This document shows positions 1-9,826 of a DNA stretch of 64,000 nucleotides, piece by piece. How positions within the stretch are numbered: the stretch's first letter is position 1; each line of letters opens with the position of its first letter. A program made the translations under genes and the position numbers. Under the pieces are notes generated by a model, which made no database searches, had not been told where the DNA came from, and was given only the letters and a program-made list of their open reading frames with translations. The DNA lies in assembly GCA_963830445.1 (NCBI GenBank), contig CAWHMC010000005.1, positions 12,357-76,356 on the forward strand. Direction: 5' to 3'. This DNA is from an uncultured archaeon (GTDB taxonomy: Archaea; Micrarchaeota; Micrarchaeia; Micrarchaeales; CABMGC01).

Positions 1-1
1 C

Positions 2-982
2 GAGATAAAGATAACTGGAGAGGACGTCAGGGAGGGATTGTGTGCTGTCCTGTCAGTACTCATGCAGAATCCGGAGTTTGAAGGCCAGACAAAGGAAAAG
101 CTTGGCAATACGCAGATTCGGACATTGATAGAAACGGAGGTTTACGCTTCATTCTCAAGATACCTGGAAGAACACCCGGCAGACGGGCGGGCGATCATAG
201 AGAAGGCGAGCTCGGCAGCCAATGCGCGCGAGAGCGCGAAGAAGGCAAGGGAACTATCGAGAAAGAGGAGCCTGCTTGACAGCACCGTGCTGCCCGGGAA
301 GCTCACCGACTGCATCGAGAATGACCCGACCAAGACCGAGATATTTATAGTGGAGGGAGAGAGTGCCGGGGGATCGAGCCGCATGGGGCGCGACAAGAAC
401 ATACAGGCCATACTGCCGCTGCGCGGAAAGATACTTAACGTGGAGAAGGCGAGCTACGAAAGGATATTCGACAACAATGAGATAAAGGCGATGATAACCT
501 CGTTCGGTACGGGCATACGCGAGACCTTCAATATAGCTGGCGCGAGATACCACAAGATAATAATAATGACCGATGCGGACGTGGACGGGAGCCACATCCG
601 CACGCTGCTGCTCACTTTCTTCTACCGCTACATGAAGAAACTCATAGAAGTGGGCTACGTTTACATCGCCCAGCCGCCGCTCTATAGAGTAAAGATCGGC
701 AAGGAGGAGAAGTACGTTTACAGCGACGAGGAGCTCGCCGCCGTAAGAGCAGGGGAGCACTCCGACGCGGAGACGCAGAGGTACAAGGGACTTGGGGAGA
801 TGAACCCGGAGCAGCTGTGGGAGACGACCATGAATCCGGCCAACAGACTGCTCAAGCGGGTGCGGATAAAGGACGCGCAGATAGCGGACAGTCTTTTTAC
901 GATACTTATGGGTGTGGATCCGGCCCAGAGGCGCAGGTTCCTGCACGACCATGCTGAAGAGGTCAACTTCCTTGACGTATGA
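2..982 (+). CDS. gyrB: DNA gyrase subunit B, C-terminal part (5' end lies outside the window)
   Basis: Toprim and C-terminal GyrB motifs: EGESAGGS, PLRGKILNVEKA, IMTDADVDGSHIRTLLLTFF, YKGLGEMNPEQLWETTM. The frame is open from the window edge. Confidence 0.95.
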   Translation, partial: EIKITGEDVREGLCAVLSVLMQNPEFEGQTKEKLGNTQIRTLIETEVYASFSRYLEEHPADGRAIIEKASSAANARESAKKARELSRKRSLLDSTVLPGKLTDCIENDPTKTEIFIVEGESAGGSSRMGRDKNIQAILPLRGKILNVEKASYERIFDNNEIKAMITSFGTGIRETFNIAGARYHKIIIMTDADVDGSHIRTLLLTFFYRYMKKLIEVGYVYIAQPPLYRVKIGKEEKYVYSDEELAAVRAGEHSDAETQRYKGLGEMNPEQLWETTMNPANRLLKRVRIKDAQIADSLFTILMGVDPAQRRRFLHDHAEEVNFLDV

Positions 983-3439
983 GTGTTCACCATGACCGAC
1001 AAGATATCTGATATTAATCTGGAAGATGAGCTGCAATCAAGCTACATCGATTACGCGATGAGCGTGATCATAGGCAGGGCCATACCAGATGCACGGGACG
1101 GTCTCAAGCCGGCCCAGAGGCGCATACTCTACGCCATGTACCGCATAAACAACACGCACAGCCAGCCAACCAAGAAGAGCGCAAGGATAGTTGGAGAGGT
1201 GATTGGTAAGTTCCATCCGCACGGCGACACTGCGGTGTACGAGACGGCGGTGCGCATGGCCCAGGACTTCTCCATGAACCACATGCTCGTCGAGGGACAG
1301 GGCAACATGGGTTCGATCGATGGGGACCCGCCCGCGCATATGAGATATACCGAGGTCAGACTCACGAGGATGGCGGAGGAGCTGCTCGAGGACCTGGACA
1401 AGGAAACGGTCGAGATGGTCCCGAACTTCGACAATACCGAGAAGGAGCCGAGCATCCTGCCTGCCAAGCTGCCGAACCTCTTGATAAACGGCGCCTCAGG
1501 CATAGCCGTAGGAGTGGCGACGAGCATGCCCCCGCACAACCTCATGGAGGTCTGCGATGCGGTGGTGCATAGGCTTGCGAATAAGGAGGCTACGCCTGAC
1601 GATATGCTGAAGATAATAAAGGGTCCGGACTTCCCAACGGGCGGCATAGCGGTAATGTCAAGCAGCTCCTACAACGGGTACAGGACAGGGAGGGGCCAGC
1701 TCACGATCCGGGCGAAGGTAGAGATAGACGAAAAGAAAAACAGGCTCGTGGTGAACGAGATCCCGTACAACGTGAACAAGTCAGCGCTTATACAGAACAT
1801 TGCGGAGCTCGTGAAGCAGAAGAAGATTACCGGCATAAAGGACATTCGCGACGAGACGGGCCGCACCGGAATGAGCATAATGATCGAGCTCAAGGCGGGC
1901 GAGGATCCGAACCAGGTCCTCAACATGCTCTACAACCACACCCAGCTGCAGGTGACATACCCGATAATCAACCTGGCGGTGATAGGGAGAAGCCTGAAGA
2001 GCCTGAACGTGCTCCAGATGATAACCGCCTTCATCGACCACAGAATGGAGGTAATACTCAAGAGAAGCGTGTACGAGCTGGAGATTGCAAAGGACAGGCT
2101 GCACATAGTCGACGGGCTCGTGATAGCGTTGGGCAGCATCGATGAGATAATAAAGACGATAAAGAAGAGCGACGAGCTCGCGGACGCGAGGAAGAACCTC
2201 ATAGCCCAGTTCAGGCTCTCCGAGAAGCAGGCGAACGCCATACTGGAGATGCGCCTGAGCCGGCTAACCCACCTGGAGAGCCAGTCGCTGGCGAAGGAGA
2301 AGGTGGAGCTCGAGAGGAAGATAGTGCACTACAACGAGCTCATAGCCGACAAGGCCAAGATGGAGGCGCTCATCGTCAACGAGATGGCGGAGCTGAAGAA
2401 GAGGTACGGGAAGCCGAGGCGCACGCAGATAATACAGGCGGAGGGAGGGCTCGACATAAGCGACGAGGACATGATAAGCAACGAGAAGGTCACGATCATA
2501 CTAACGAACGAGGGCTACATCAAGCGCATGGGCACGGAGAACTACCGCGAGCAGGCGCGGGGAGGAAGGGGGATAATCTCCATCAACCTCAAGGAGGGCG
2601 ACTTCGTCAAGCAGATAATCACCTGCAACAACAAGAACTACATCCTGTTCGTCTCGGACAAGGGCCAGGCCTACTGGCTCAAGGCCTACAACATCCCGGA
2701 GACCGGCCGTTACTCAGAAGGAAAGGCGATAGTCAACCTGCTGAACATAAGGGACGAGAAGATAGTGCAGATGATGGACATCGCCAGCTTCGCCGACTCC
2801 AAGATGGTCTTCGTCACGGAGAAGGGCCTCGTTAAGAAGACGGATGCAAAGCTCTTCTCCCACCCGCGCTCATCCGGCATACGCGCCATAACGCTGAATG
2901 CGGGCGACAGGATAGTCGACACGATAATCTACACCAAGGAGAAGTACCTGGTCATAGTGACCAAGAACGGCAAGTCCATAAAGTTCGAGGAGCAGGAGCT
3001 GCGCTTCACAGGAAGGGCTGCGATGGGAGTCAGAGGTATAAGGCTGAAGGGCGACCAGGCGAAGAATATAATGGCGACGAACGAGGCGGGCATGATCCTC
3101 ACCGTCACCGAGAAGGGCTATGGAAAGCTCACCGACGTGGCAAAGTATCGTATGCAGGGACGCGGCGGTGGCGGAGTCATAAACATCAAGGCTAACGAGA
3201 AGACCGGGCCGGTGTCGAAGGCGATTTTCGTAGAGAAGGAGGATCTCCAGCTCATACTGATAAACTCCCTCGGAGTTAGCATAACGATACCCATCGCTTC
3301 CATAAGAGTAACAGGACGTGCAGCAAGCGGCGTTCGGCTTATGCGGCTTGATGCGAAGGCGCGGGTTACTGATGCGCGGCTGTTCGAAGGCGAGCAAACG
3401 ATTCCAACACCCACACCAGCACCAACTGCAGGCCAATAA
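983..3439 (+). CDS. gyrA: DNA gyrase subunit A
   Basis: 818 aa. N-terminus has YAMSVIIGRAIPDARDGLKPAQRRILYAM and KFHPHGDTAVYETAVRMAQ. C-terminus has repeated beta-pinwheel-like blocks. The start (GTG 983 or ATG 992) directly follows the gyrB stop. Confidence 0.95.
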   Translation: MFTMTDKISDINLEDELQSSYIDYAMSVIIGRAIPDARDGLKPAQRRILYAMYRINNTHSQPTKKSARIVGEVIGKFHPHGDTAVYETAVRMAQDFSMNHMLVEGQGNMGSIDGDPPAHMRYTEVRLTRMAEELLEDLDKETVEMVPNFDNTEKEPSILPAKLPNLLINGASGIAVGVATSMPPHNLMEVCDAVVHRLANKEATPDDMLKIIKGPDFPTGGIAVMSSSSYNGYRTGRGQLTIRAKVEIDEKKNRLVVNEIPYNVNKSALIQNIAELVKQKKITGIKDIRDETGRTGMSIMIELKAGEDPNQVLNMLYNHTQLQVTYPIINLAVIGRSLKSLNVLQMITAFIDHRMEVILKRSVYELEIAKDRLHIVDGLVIALGSIDEIIKTIKKSDELADARKNLIAQFRLSEKQANAILEMRLSRLTHLESQSLAKEKVELERKIVHYNELIADKAKMEALIVNEMAELKKRYGKPRRTQIIQAEGGLDISDEDMISNEKVTIILTNEGYIKRMGTENYREQARGGRGIISINLKEGDFVKQIITCNNKNYILFVSDKGQAYWLKAYNIPETGRYSEGKAIVNLLNIRDEKIVQMMDIASFADSKMVFVTEKGLVKKTDAKLFSHPRSSGIRAITLNAGDRIVDTIIYTKEKYLVIVTKNGKSIKFEEQELRFTGRAAMGVRGIRLKGDQAKNIMATNEAGMILTVTEKGYGKLTDVAKYRMQGRGGGGVINIKANEKTGPVSKAIFVEKEDLQLILINSLGVSITIPIASIRVTGRAASGVRLMRLDAKARVTDARLFEGEQTIPTPTPAPTAGQ

Positions 3440-3446
3440 AGGTGCT

Positions 3447-3791
3447 GTGACGCTGAAGTCTGGTGTTGATTTTTCCATATTCAGTTCATTGGACATACGT
3501 GTCGGAAGAGTAGTTAGTGTTGAGGATTCGGCTACAAAAAAGCCCACCTATAGAATAACTGTAGACTTCGGTCCTGAAATAGGCAAGAAGAGGACATGTG
3601 GAGCATATAGAAATTACTCTAAAGAGGAGTTAGAAGGCAAGCTCGTGGTGGGATTGATAAATGTCGGAATTAAGAAGATGGGGAGCGAGATGTCAGAATT
3701 TCTGCTGCTCGGAGTGGCAAATGGCAAAGGGGACACCATCTACCTAATGCCGCAATGCGATGTTCAGCCTGGCGTGACTGTTTTTGCTTAG
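3447..3791 (+). CDS. Stand-alone tRNA-binding OB-fold protein (CsaA/Trbp111/EMAP-like)
   Basis: DIRVGRVVSVE...YRITVDFGPEIGKKRTCGAY...LVVGLINVGIKKMGSEMSEFLLLG aligns by eye with CsaA. I chose GTG 3447 because the longer ORF (3318) overlaps the gyrA 3' end. Confidence 0.7.
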   Translation: MTLKSGVDFSIFSSLDIRVGRVVSVEDSATKKPTYRITVDFGPEIGKKRTCGAYRNYSKEELEGKLVVGLINVGIKKMGSEMSEFLLLGVANGKGDTIYLMPQCDVQPGVTVFA

Positions 3792-3805
3792 CCGTTGCAG
3801 GGAAC

Positions 3806-6571
3806 CTAATTCCTTTTCCAGAACCTGCTGTTTCTTATGAACAGTCGCTGCGCTCTCAGAAGATCCTCAAAGAACATCTTCTCGTTCTTGCGTATTATCT
3901 TCAGCAGCTTGCCTGCCGTAGATAAGCCTATGCCATAGGTCAGGAAGGCCATCAGCGCCCTGTCCCCATAGGCGTCCACAAGGCTCGCCTCTTTGATTAC
4001 GTTGGTGTAGGTCTCGCGCTCCGAGTTTGTGAATCGTTTGCCTTCCTTCTTCTTTGATAGAACGTCGTAGTACTCCTGTTTGTAGGTCGAGACCATAGGA
4101 CTGCTGCATCGCATGCAGAGGATCTTATCCTGATCTTTTTTGTTAGGTGTGATAGTCCTGGAGAAGGTGAAAGAGCAGTAGGTACAGAGCAACTGCACCG
4201 ACTTCCCTGAGAGCTTGCGTTTCAGCTCCTCAATGTCGGTATCGGCGATGTCTGAACCTGACATGAGCTCCCGGTATCCCAGCGCTGAGTGCAGGAGCTC
4301 GCGTGAGAGTGGTGAGCCTGATGGAACTCGCGATATCTCGATCTTGCCTGCGCTGAGACCGCTTAGGAAGGATGAGACTGTCTCGTAGTCTATGTAATTC
4401 TTCTTTAGGTCGCGCACCGTCTCATCGTAAACAGGAGTGCCACGGTAAAACTCGATGAGCCGGTTGAGCGCGCTCTTGGTGAGGACGGCCTTCTTCTCGG
4501 CTATGCCGAACAGCTTCGCCACCTGGGCGAACTTGTACCTGAAGAGCTCCGAGCCGGCCATTATCTCGCCTGAGGAAGCGAGCGCATCGGACTGGGAGAG
4601 TGCACGGAACGTTTTCTCCGGATCCGGCCTCTTCCTTGTGAGCTTTAGGTCAAGTATGATCGCGTAGGGAGTAGGTCTGACTGAGATCTCACCGCCAGCC
4701 TTTCTAACAGTGTATGCCAGAGCCCGTGAGATGAACTCGTTCGCCAGCTTCCCCAGCGGCAGGTGGAGTATGGTATAGTCATCTAGCTCCTCTATGAGGA
4801 GCCGGTTGCCTGCCGGAATGAAGAAACGCTTCTGCTTTTCTGTGAAGAGGTGGATTGCATCGTACGAAGCGGGCTCTATCATCTCTTTTGCGCTCTCAGG
4901 ATGGGCTAGGTAGGAGACTGCACTCTCGGCTATCAGAAACGAGACCGGGATGTCCTCCCCTTCCCAATCTGGTATTGAGGCTTCCACCTCCGTGCCCTGT
5001 TCGACGAATATGGTGTCTCCCTCTATGCTCACCACCTTCCAGGGCACGCCCTTCGTTATGAAAGAGGCGTTCTCGTCGATATTCGCGAACACGAACCGCT
5101 CGTCCAACGTGGAGATTATCTTGTTAGTCGATGCCCGCTTCACGAAGAAGCGCCTTGAGTCAGGTATCACGCTGACGTTCTCTATGAAATAGGTCCTGGA
5201 GCGCCTTCCGAGGGAGAGCATCTCCTTGTTTATCTTTATGAGACCGAGGCTGGCGCAGAACTCTGCCATCCGCATGAACTCGGACTCCTTGAGCTCTGCA
5301 TACGGGGCTGCGCGCTTCACTATTACGTACGCTTTCTGTATGGGAAGCTCCCTGTATTCAAGAACCATCCCGGAGATCTGGTTTGCGAGCACGTCCAGTG
5401 CCATTCGTTCCATTCTGTGGCTCTCGAGCCTTTTCTTCGAGGCTGCCTTTATCGTTGCGGCTGCCTCCAGCGCCTCAATCGCGCTTGATGCGATGATTAC
5501 TCCTTTCGATACGGCACCTTCTCTGTGTCCTCCTCTACCTATCCTCTGGAGCAGGCGGTTCGCCTGTCGTGGAGAGCCGTACTGCACGACCATATCTATC
5601 CTCCCGATGTCTATGCCCAGCTCCAGCGAGCTCGTCGCGATTATGCAGTTTATCTTCCCGTTCTTGAAGCTGTCCTCGATCTGGATGCGCTCTTCCCGAT
5701 CAAGGGAACTGTGGTGTATTCCGACGTAGTCGAAGCCTTCCAGCCTGCTCAGGTAGATTATCTTGCTGCCCAGCGACTCCACCACCTGGCGCGTGTTGGC
5801 GAACACCAGGGTCGCCTTGGAACTCTTTATCATGTCCTCCAGGTACTCGATGCGCCCCAGTGCCGCATCGTCCAGGTCGAAGGAGGCCTCGAACTCGGGG
5901 TGCCTGCGCTGCGGGAGCGTGGGCATGACCACGTGGACATCAAGCCGCTTCTCCACCTCGGAGTTTATCTCCCTGTGCGGGCGCTTCCCGAAGAGGAAGG
6001 CGGCTGCCTCGTCCGCATCCCCGATGGTTGCGCTGATCCCTATGCGCGTGAATCCTGGTGCGCGCTCCTCAAGCCTCTCCAGCCCTATGGAGAGCTGGGC
6101 TCCCCTCTTGTTCTGGTAGAGCTCGTGCAGCTCATCCACGACGACAAATTTCAGGCGAGCGAAGGCCAACCTCAGCCGAGGCGAGAGGAGCATGTTCTGT
6201 ATGCTCTCCGGCGTGGTGATCAACAGCTTGGGGGGATGCAGCACCTGTTCCCTCCGCTCCTTCTGGGATGTGTCGCCGTGGCGCACGCCGATCGTTATCC
6301 CGAGGGAGGTGCAGAGCTCCTCCAGGCGCTTCATCAGGTCGCGGTTGAGCGCGCGCAATGGAGTGACGTAGAGCGCCAGCACTCCCTCGCCTTCTATGCT
6401 GTTTATGGCTTCCAGGATCGGGAGTATGGCGGCCTCGGTCTTGCCGCTGCCCGTGGGGGCCATTATCAGGCAGTTCTGCGCCGAGCTGATCACAGGGAAT
6501 GCGGACTCCTGGAGCGCATTGAGCCTTCCGACCCTCTCGATGAAAAGAGAGCGAGCGCTCCTCATGGTCAC
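3806..6571 (-). CDS. lhr: Lhr-type superfamily-2 ATP-dependent helicase
   Basis: 921 aa. Walker A is APTGSGKTEAA, the DEAH-type box is VVVDELHEL, and motif VI is QRIGRGGHR. A long Lhr-like C-terminal extension contains a Cys4 ribbon (CTYC...CMRC). Confidence 0.85.
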   Translation of the reverse strand: MTMRSARSLFIERVGRLNALQESAFPVISSAQNCLIMAPTGSGKTEAAILPILEAINSIEGEGVLALYVTPLRALNRDLMKRLEELCTSLGITIGVRHGDTSQKERREQVLHPPKLLITTPESIQNMLLSPRLRLAFARLKFVVVDELHELYQNKRGAQLSIGLERLEERAPGFTRIGISATIGDADEAAAFLFGKRPHREINSEVEKRLDVHVVMPTLPQRRHPEFEASFDLDDAALGRIEYLEDMIKSSKATLVFANTRQVVESLGSKIIYLSRLEGFDYVGIHHSSLDREERIQIEDSFKNGKINCIIATSSLELGIDIGRIDMVVQYGSPRQANRLLQRIGRGGHREGAVSKGVIIASSAIEALEAAATIKAASKKRLESHRMERMALDVLANQISGMVLEYRELPIQKAYVIVKRAAPYAELKESEFMRMAEFCASLGLIKINKEMLSLGRRSRTYFIENVSVIPDSRRFFVKRASTNKIISTLDERFVFANIDENASFITKGVPWKVVSIEGDTIFVEQGTEVEASIPDWEGEDIPVSFLIAESAVSYLAHPESAKEMIEPASYDAIHLFTEKQKRFFIPAGNRLLIEELDDYTILHLPLGKLANEFISRALAYTVRKAGGEISVRPTPYAIILDLKLTRKRPDPEKTFRALSQSDALASSGEIMAGSELFRYKFAQVAKLFGIAEKKAVLTKSALNRLIEFYRGTPVYDETVRDLKKNYIDYETVSSFLSGLSAGKIEISRVPSGSPLSRELLHSALGYRELMSGSDIADTDIEELKRKLSGKSVQLLCTYCSFTFSRTITPNKKDQDKILCMRCSSPMVSTYKQEYYDVLSKKKEGKRFTNSERETYTNVIKEASLVDAYGDRALMAFLTYGIGLSTAGKLLKIIRKNEKMFFEDLLRAQRLFIRNSRFWKRN

Positions 6572-8211
6572 ACTATGTAGGCGCTGCCCGTCGTCCTGTA
6601 GGTGGCGTTGCCCGTGCCCAGCGTGTAGTTGATGCCCAGCTTGAGCGTGAGGCCCAGCGGCAGTCCGGTCAGGACGTTGCCGTTGCTGTAGCAGATTGAT
6701 GTGACGCTCGCGGTTGCGTTAGGACGTATCGTCAGGTTCAGCTGCGCATAGGAGGGCGAACCGTTCTGGTAGCAGGCGATGCTGCGCAGCGTGAAGGTCT
6801 GGTTGATCTTGTTGTAGAACTGCAGGGTCAGGTTGCCGTTCACCAGTGAGGGGCTCCTGCAGGAGAGGCTGAAGTTCAGGCCGCAGCTGCTGTTCAGGCC
6901 TGCGGAGAAGGACTGGCTCTGCCCCGAGACGTTGAACTCGGAGAGCAGCCGTATGCCCGCCACGCTCTGGGCTGCCACATAGGAAGTGTTGACCAGCGAG
7001 ATGACCGAGAGGTTCTCCTGGCCGACGAATGCGGTGGTGCGGACCAGCGAGAGGGCGCCTATGCTGCCCGACCTGCCGAAGAGGTAGGTGGAGCAGTAGC
7101 TCCTGTTGTAGAGGGTGCTTATCACTCCGTAGCAGACGTAGTCGGAAGCGGTGTTCGGCTGTGCGCCCTCGTATATTATGGAGCTGTTGATGAAGGCGAG
7201 CCTGCCGTAGGTCGGCCCGAGGATGGAGCTGCCGGTCACGTTCGCTATGGTGGTGCTGCCGTTTATGGCAGGCAGGAAGCCGGGCGTTGCGGGAGTGGAG
7301 AGCGAGCTGCTCTTCTTTGCCAGCTGTACAGCACAGTTGCCGGCGCCTTCGTAGGTCAGCGTCTTCAGCCATCCGGCGTTGTACCAGCCGCAGGTGGTGG
7401 TGTTGCTGTTCAGGTGCGTGACCGCAAGCGTTGTTCCGTTAATGCTGGTGTAGTTAGTCTTGAGCTTGAGGCCCTGGGCCCACACGGCGGTGACGTTGCT
7501 GGAGAGGGAGCCCTGCAGCCAGAGCGAGTAGGCGCTGGCGTTCGGGTAGGTCGCCTCGGCCGAATACATGCTGTTTATGTAGCTGTAGGTGAGATTCAGC
7601 AGCGGGGTGAAGAAGGCATCGGCTGCTGGAATCTTGGAGAGGGCGAAGTTGGAGAGACCGTAGTTCCCGACGAGATAGGAGTAGGTGAGGTAGCCCACCT
7701 TGCTGAGGTAGGTCGACTTCTCTCCAGTCCAGTTGGACGGAAGTGTGGTGTAAGCGGAGGGTGTGGCTGGGGCCTGGACTATTATCTGGAAGTGCACCTG
7801 GGCGTTGTTCCTGTTCACCAGGTCGTAGAGCTTGCTCGGATCCGAGATGAAGCTCACGTTGTAGGTGCCGGGCACGGTGAACTGCTTGCTGAAGTTGATA
7901 TAGACGTTGCGGCCCGTCGGCAGCGAGACGTTGTATATGGAGGTCAGGTTGTTGTTTACGAATATCCCGATCCCGACGCTCTTTATGGCGTCCGTGCCTG
8001 CGTTCGTAATCTCGACGGGGATGAAAACACTCTGGTAGGGATAGATGCGCGTGGTTATGTTGCTCTGGCTTACGTTAAGCTGCAGGTTGATCGGGCCACT
8101 GCCCGTTCCGTGCGTCTCGGTGTAGAGCACCGCCAGCGCGGCTATCGCGATGACTATTATTGCTACCCAGGTGTATTTGTCGTTTTTCTCCATGCGATCA
8201 CATTCCCGCAT
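6568..8211 (-). CDS. Membrane-anchored, sequon-rich surface protein with an N-terminal CARDB-like domain
   Basis: N-terminal TM helix WVAIIVIAIAALAVLY, then a CARDB-like block (VEITNAGTDAIKSVGIGIFVNN...YINFSKQFTVPGTYNVSFISDP) and dozens of N-x-S/T sequons. An alternative start at 8193 (MEKNDKY) would avoid overlap with the upstream gene. Confidence 0.6.
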   Translation of the reverse strand: MRECDRMEKNDKYTWVAIIVIAIAALAVLYTETHGTGSGPINLQLNVSQSNITTRIYPYQSVFIPVEITNAGTDAIKSVGIGIFVNNNLTSIYNVSLPTGRNVYINFSKQFTVPGTYNVSFISDPSKLYDLVNRNNAQVHFQIIVQAPATPSAYTTLPSNWTGEKSTYLSKVGYLTYSYLVGNYGLSNFALSKIPAADAFFTPLLNLTYSYINSMYSAEATYPNASAYSLWLQGSLSSNVTAVWAQGLKLKTNYTSINGTTLAVTHLNSNTTTCGWYNAGWLKTLTYEGAGNCAVQLAKKSSSLSTPATPGFLPAINGSTTIANVTGSSILGPTYGRLAFINSSIIYEGAQPNTASDYVCYGVISTLYNRSYCSTYLFGRSGSIGALSLVRTTAFVGQENLSVISLVNTSYVAAQSVAGIRLLSEFNVSGQSQSFSAGLNSSCGLNFSLSCRSPSLVNGNLTLQFYNKINQTFTLRSIACYQNGSPSYAQLNLTIRPNATASVTSICYSNGNVLTGLPLGLTLKLGINYTLGTGNATYRTTGSAYIV

Positions 8212-8668
8212 CCTTGCTCTTGAGGACGTTGACTACCTCGCCGAGTTTGCCGGCGATCCCCTTGTAAAAGATCTCGAACGTGCTTATGGACCAGTTGTAG
8301 GGGTCGTACCGGTCGCCCTGCGCCGGGGGTTTGAAATAGAACTTGGTCTGGTTGTTCTCGACGAAACCCATGCGCTTCATGCGGAGCAGGTGGTAGCGAA
8401 GGGTCTTCTCGTTTATAGTCTCCCAGTTGGTGTTGATGTAGGCCGAGAGGTCCTTCACCGTCGGGTCCTGCTTCCTGATGAACTGGAAGTACACCAGAGC
8501 GTCGAGCACCGCGAGTGAGCCCAGGCGCGACTCACCCGGATTGATTATGCCGAGGGAAAGCGCAAGCCACCGCACCGCGGAACGGCGCGTGTCCAGGACC
8601 TCCTTGCTCACTCTGAGGTCGCGTATGGTTAGCTCCCGCTCTATAAGCTCCGCTTCGTTTAGTTCCAC
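8198..8668 (-). CDS. Hypothetical protein, possibly winged-helix DNA-binding
   Basis: 156-aa ORF with a BRE/TATA-like GAAAGGTTTAAAATC about 27 nt upstream. The TLRYHLLRMKRMGFV segment looks like a wHTH recognition helix plus wing. No firm family assignment. Confidence 0.45.
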   Translation of the reverse strand: MELNEAELIERELTIRDLRVSKEVLDTRRSAVRWLALSLGIINPGESRLGSLAVLDALVYFQFIRKQDPTVKDLSAYINTNWETINEKTLRYHLLRMKRMGFVENNQTKFYFKPPAQGDRYDPYNWSISTFEIFYKGIAGKLGEVVNVLKSKDAGM

Positions 8669-8729
8669 AGAATCATATTATATGAGGTTGATTTTAAACC
8701 TTTCTGAAGGATTTGGCTTTCGTTACTGA

Positions 8730-9050
8730 TCACAGGCTCTTGGTGCAGAGCGAGAGGAGGAGCTCGGTGTTATCGCCTGACGCGGCGTTCACCCGCTTGC
8801 GGGCCCTGCACTTGGCGCACTCGTACTCGATGGTGTAGTCGTTGCCGTTGTACTCCGCACCTACTGGCTTCATCAGGCCCTTGCACTTGGAGGCCCGGTC
8901 GCCGGGATTGTTGTCCACGTGCTTGCTGGTCAGGCAGTTGGGGCAGTGATCGGTGTAGCCCGTGCCCTTTACCTCTGTCCCGCACACCTCGCAGGTGAAG
9001 TCCTCCTTTTTGCGCGTGAATCTGCCTGGGGTCTTGGGCATCTGAAACAT
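8730..9050 (-). CDS. RNHCP-domain zinc-ribbon protein
   Basis: FTCEVCGTEVKGTGYTDHCPNCLTSKHVD...ECAKCRARKRV, with the characteristic R-N-H-C-P-like core (DHCPNC). I chose the internal Met start (9050) because an AT-rich TATA-like tract lies just upstream. Confidence 0.6.
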   Translation of the reverse strand: MFQMPKTPGRFTRKKEDFTCEVCGTEVKGTGYTDHCPNCLTSKHVDNNPGDRASKCKGLMKPVGAEYNGNDYTIEYECAKCRARKRVNAASGDNTELLLSLCTKSL

Positions 9051-9119
9051 CCTCGCATCCGATATTCGTACAATAAACCTAAATATCTGAATTTTAGGAA
9101 GGCTAATGGTTGGGAGAAG

Positions 9120-9458
9120 ATGGAGTACCAAATAATAGGACATGTACGCGTAGGAGTATCAAGGTGTGCGGTCAGCTGTAGTGTTGAGCGGCCGCTTGCC
9201 GATGAGAGGCACGGGAGGGACAGGAATCGACCTTCCCAGATTGCCCAGGTGCTTGAGATAAAACTGAAGGAGCTGGAGCGGGGACCGAAAGGTGAAGTGG
9301 CGAAGCTGATTGGGATAGGGAGCGAGTCGTTACCTAATGAAGGGATACTTGTCTTCGGAGCCCTGCCTCGTTGCTCCAAGGAGGGGATGATTAACAGTCT
9401 GGTGGAGCTTGCGACAGAGCTGGGCAAGCAGGCGGAGGAGCTGCTCTACAGGAGTTGA
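9120..9458 (+). CDS. Hypothetical small protein
   Basis: 112-aa ORF. Codon usage (ATA, AGG, AAG, GAG) resembles the neighbouring genes. A TATA-like AAACCTAAATATC sits about 38 nt upstream of the ATG. No recognisable family. Confidence 0.35.
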   Translation: MEYQIIGHVRVGVSRCAVSCSVERPLADERHGRDRNRPSQIAQVLEIKLKELERGPKGEVAKLIGIGSESLPNEGILVFGALPRCSKEGMINSLVELATELGKQAEELLYRS

Positions 9459-9508
9459 GCAAGGCTTAAATATCTTGGACCTATAATCAATCTCCTTGGA
9501 CTGATTTT

Positions 9509-9826
9509 ATGATAAACAAAGCAGCTGTTGTCGGATCGCCGGCACCGGGATGGAAGGTGAAGGAGGACTCCGTAATGATAGAGCACACTTTGAGCACCGA
9601 TAATGCGATAAAACTCTTCATGGGCGCCAGAAGGGCGCCTCCGAAGGTCGAGACCGCTGAGGCCAGGGATGCAAACCTTAGGATCTCCCTGGGGGTCGAC
9701 AGCGCAGGGATCACCATCATGGGAGACAAGATCGGTGCCTCGGAGAAAGTAATAGACGAGATGAAAAAGATTATTTCGGAGCTCGCGCTAGCTTTTAGAA
9801 CTAACGCGCCGACTAATACCAGCTAA
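9509..9826 (+). CDS. Hypothetical small protein
   Basis: 105-aa ORF with a promoter-like AAGGCTTAAATATC about 39 nt upstream. No recognisable family. Confidence 0.4.
   Translation: MINKAAVVGSPAPGWKVKEDSVMIEHTLSTDNAIKLFMGARRAPPKVETAEARDANLRISLGVDSAGITIMGDKIGASEKVIDEMKKIISELALAFRTNAPTNTS

Noticed and set aside
5525-6580. 351-aa plus-strand ORF, together with similar ones at 13167-14150, 37870-38592, 17553-18233 and 20462-21331.
   Set aside because: All are antisense to strongly supported genes (lhr, cysS, metG, trpS, rpoB'') and have no motifs of their own.
9140-9470. Possible structured RNA (RNase P or SRP RNA) suggested by long-range complementarity: CTGTAG near 9175 pairs with CTACAG near 9447, and TTGCCCAG near 9241 pairs with CTGGGCAA near 9421, the latter followed by an ACAGAG reminiscent of RNase P CR-V.
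   Set aside because: The universally conserved RNase P blocks (GAGGAAAGUCC, ACAGAANNCGGCUUA) and the SRP helix-8 GNAR/AGCA features are not present. The region reads as an ORF with genome-typical codon usage and a promoter-like element at the right distance. I keep it as a low-confidence CDS. A covariance-model scan (Rfam/Infernal) would settle the question.
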